DNA of 61,712 nucleotides from Salpingoeca rosetta (taxonomy: Eukaryota > Protista > Choanoflagellata): positions 613,642 through 675,353 of the forward strand of contig JAWQFM010000016.1 in NCBI GenBank assembly GCA_033442325.1. The letters are read 5' to 3'. Every line of letters starts with the position of its first letter. The first letter of the stretch is position 1. Made by a program: the position numbers and the translations under genes. Of the stretch, positions 48,092 through 61,712 are shown one piece after another. A model generated the notes under the pieces. The model was given only the letters and a program-made list of their open reading frames with translations, was not told the DNA's origin and did not search any database.

Positions 48092-49423
48092 TCAGAACTT
48101 GATGGCGTGGGGGAAGAGGTTCTTCTCAAGTGTGAACTTGGCACCAAGGTACCGCTTGAGGAGTGGGGTCTGCTTCACCTTGGTGACAAGGAAGCGGTCA
48201 ACGACCTTCTGTGCCTCCACACGCTCCTGGGGAAGCTTGATCTGCCTCTCGCCGTACTTGTTCTTCTTGTCGCCGAAGAACTCGGGCTTCTTTGCCTTGC
48301 CCTTGACGTTGCGCTTGAACATCTCGTCGTTCACGCACTCGGGGACCTCAAGGCCGGTGAGATCGACCTGACATCGGAGTAGTAACAACACACGCACACG
48401 CACACACACACACAATCGGGTTGAAACGGAATGAGCGTGAGCGAATCAAGTGAGTCCCATGGATCGGGTGCATACATGCAACTATGACTTGAATGAGACT
48501 GCGCAGGCTCATAGGTGATGGGTTTAAACAACAAAACAACAAAACAAAATCAAGTACAACGTGTGCAACCAACATACATCGGCCAATAAAAACAAAGAAA
48601 ACGACTATCGGAAGCGGAAACAAATGACCGCACGCAGGCGCACACAAGCAAGCAAACAACCACATAAAACCACACCTTTGTGGATGTGGCGATGACGAAG
48701 GCGGGGTTGACGCGACGCAGCGGGACACCGTTGATGGACATGGGGCCGCTGACGAGGAGGAGGCCAGAGGGAAGGGCCTTGAGCATGACGACGCGCTTGC
48801 CGCGGAAGGGACCGGCAACCATGATGACAACAGTGCCTGGGGTCAGGGACTGGCGGATCTTGGCGGGGCGGTTCTTGCGGCCGACCTTGTAGCCGATGGG
48901 GCGCTTGGGCTGGTCAACAGAAACAAAGCGGGGGGAGTGGTGCACAGGAACGACGCGCTTGCCGCCGTTCTTCTCACCGCCAACTGGAACCTGCTTCGTC
49001 TTGGGCTTCTGGACCTTGGCGGGCTTGACGGTGGTCTGTGAGCCCGAGCAAGACGAGACAAGACAAGACAAGAAGAAACATTGCGGTGAGAAGCGTTGCA
49101 GTGAGGAGACATCAATGCAATGGAAGCAGGGAAGAACGGCGTGGATGTGCTTATTCAGTGGCGTGTGTGTGTGTGTGTGTGTGTATAGTGATATGTGTAT
49201 GTGATGGGTGCGTCGTGTTTGTGGCGGCTGTGTCACACACGTGCAGCACACAACGTGCTCGGGCCGACGGAACCACAGCAAACACCACCACTAACGACAC
49301 CACCACCAACGACACCAGCAAACGCACCTTCTTGACCTTCCACCTGCGCCTGCGCTTGTCCTGAACGGAGCGGCCATAGCGCTCGATGCCACCAGGCAGG
49401 ATGGGGTTTGTCACGCGAGGCAT
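48092..49423 (-). CDS. RPL6: 60S ribosomal protein L6 (eL6), 3 coding exons
   Basis: [19 protein letters not shown]; [12 protein letters not shown]; [65 protein letters not shown]; [19 protein letters not shown]. Confidence 0.98.
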
Positions 49424-49976
49424 GGTGGTGTGCTGGGCCGAAGTGTGGGAAGGCTATCAGGCGCAAACAAAAGCATCCAACACGCCACAAACGACAGCAT
49501 GTGAGCCAACAACATCAACACCAACAACAACGGCGCGCGTGCACGTACACGTGTGTGCTGGTGTGTGCTGGTGTGGTTCGGCAACCGTGTGGTGAACGCT
49601 GGGCGCGCACAAGTTCGCGTGTCGCAACTCACACGCGCGCACGAACACACACACACACACACACACACGCATGGCATCCGACAAGCTTGCTCGCCACAAG
49701 GTCTCCGCATCACCACCATCACCACCACCACGCTGCGATGGAGCCTCTCCCATGCTTCATGCGTTGGTGACTCGTTCACGCTGTGCTCGTTCACGTTGCC
49801 ACACAAGCCACGGGCTCTTTCTGCCGTCGTGGCCACATCTCGCATCTCTTTCCATGTCTCTCACGTCTCTCTCATCCGCATCTCCATACACCCAAGGGCC
49901 AGCCACATGCACACCAAACGCCACCCTCGCTCACTCGCTTCCCCCCATATCCACCACAACCACCACCGCGCACACA

Positions 49977-50006
49977 ACTCACATGCGGCAGCCGAGAGGA
50001 AAAAGG
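49977..50006 (-). promoter_or_regulatory. Putative 5'TOP/TCT start and non-coding exon 1 of RPL6 with GTGAGT donor
   Basis: Minus strand CCTTTTTCCTCTCGGCTGCCGCAT|GTGAGT. A matching acceptor CCCAG| at 49433 lies 9 nt before the ATG. Confidence 0.6.
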
Positions 50007-50265
50007 CACATGAAAAGCTTTCCGCGTGCTTTCCAATGATCGGAAAACAAAAATCCACGAAATCACCCATTCTCCTTCGCCACAATTTGCAACTCGATAC
50101 GTTGCAAGAGAGCCCGAAAACCCCGTGAATCAGAAGGCAGGCGTTCGATGTGCGCCGAACAATAGCTGTGTTTTTTTTTTTTTCGGAGAGAGGCTGCGCA
50201 CAAACCAACACAACCAACACAGCAGGTACCTCGTCCTGCTTGTTGGCGCTGAGATACAACCACAA

Positions 50266-50349
<84 letters not shown>

Positions 50350-50375
50350 TCGCAGAGAGAAGAAAGAGGGCCAGC

Positions 50376-61712
<11,337 letters not shown>

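Noticed and set aside
48410-48530. Intronic snoRNA in RPL6 intron 2
   Set aside because: Some hairpin potential (ATGAG/CTCAT) but no clear C/D or H/ACA boxes in the sense orientation.

Overview
Eukaryotic genomic DNA that is intron-dense, GC-rich and saturated with (GT/AC)n microsatellites, with four assembly gaps. The gene set (ATF6, GAS2-like, ANKRD13) and sequence style suggest a unicellular holozoan, most likely a choanoflagellate of the Salpingoeca type (inference). Manual GT-AG exon assembly supports 11 protein-coding genes in this order: ARFRP1 (+), ATF6-like membrane bZIP (-), paraoxonase/PON-like lactonase (+), an ankyrin-IQ-RING1-Rcat protein (+), ANKRD13 (-), three intronless ORFs (Ser-rich, Gln-rich, and an HNH-like nuclease with two SAP/HEH-like repeats), a giant double GAS2 protein (CH-GAR-coiled coil-CH-GAR, +), RPL6 (-) and TFIIIC subunit 1/GTF3C1 (+, runs off the window). 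Most notable: (1) the double-headed GAS2 crosslinker with a rod of about 700 aa; (2) a recurring GT-repeat-after-donor / AC-repeat-before-acceptor polarity in introns that could form intron-bridging stems; (3) an RBR-like ligase lacking the IBR; (4) the intronless HNH-like gene; (5) a nested, highly self-complementary GC-rich element at about 24.7-24.95 kb; (6) a 5'TOP/TCT-like start for RPL6; (7) an apparent frameshift and an inter-intron inverted repeat in GTF3C1. Homology calls come from recalled motifs, not database searches. Most ORFs in the supplied track are microsatellite artefacts.
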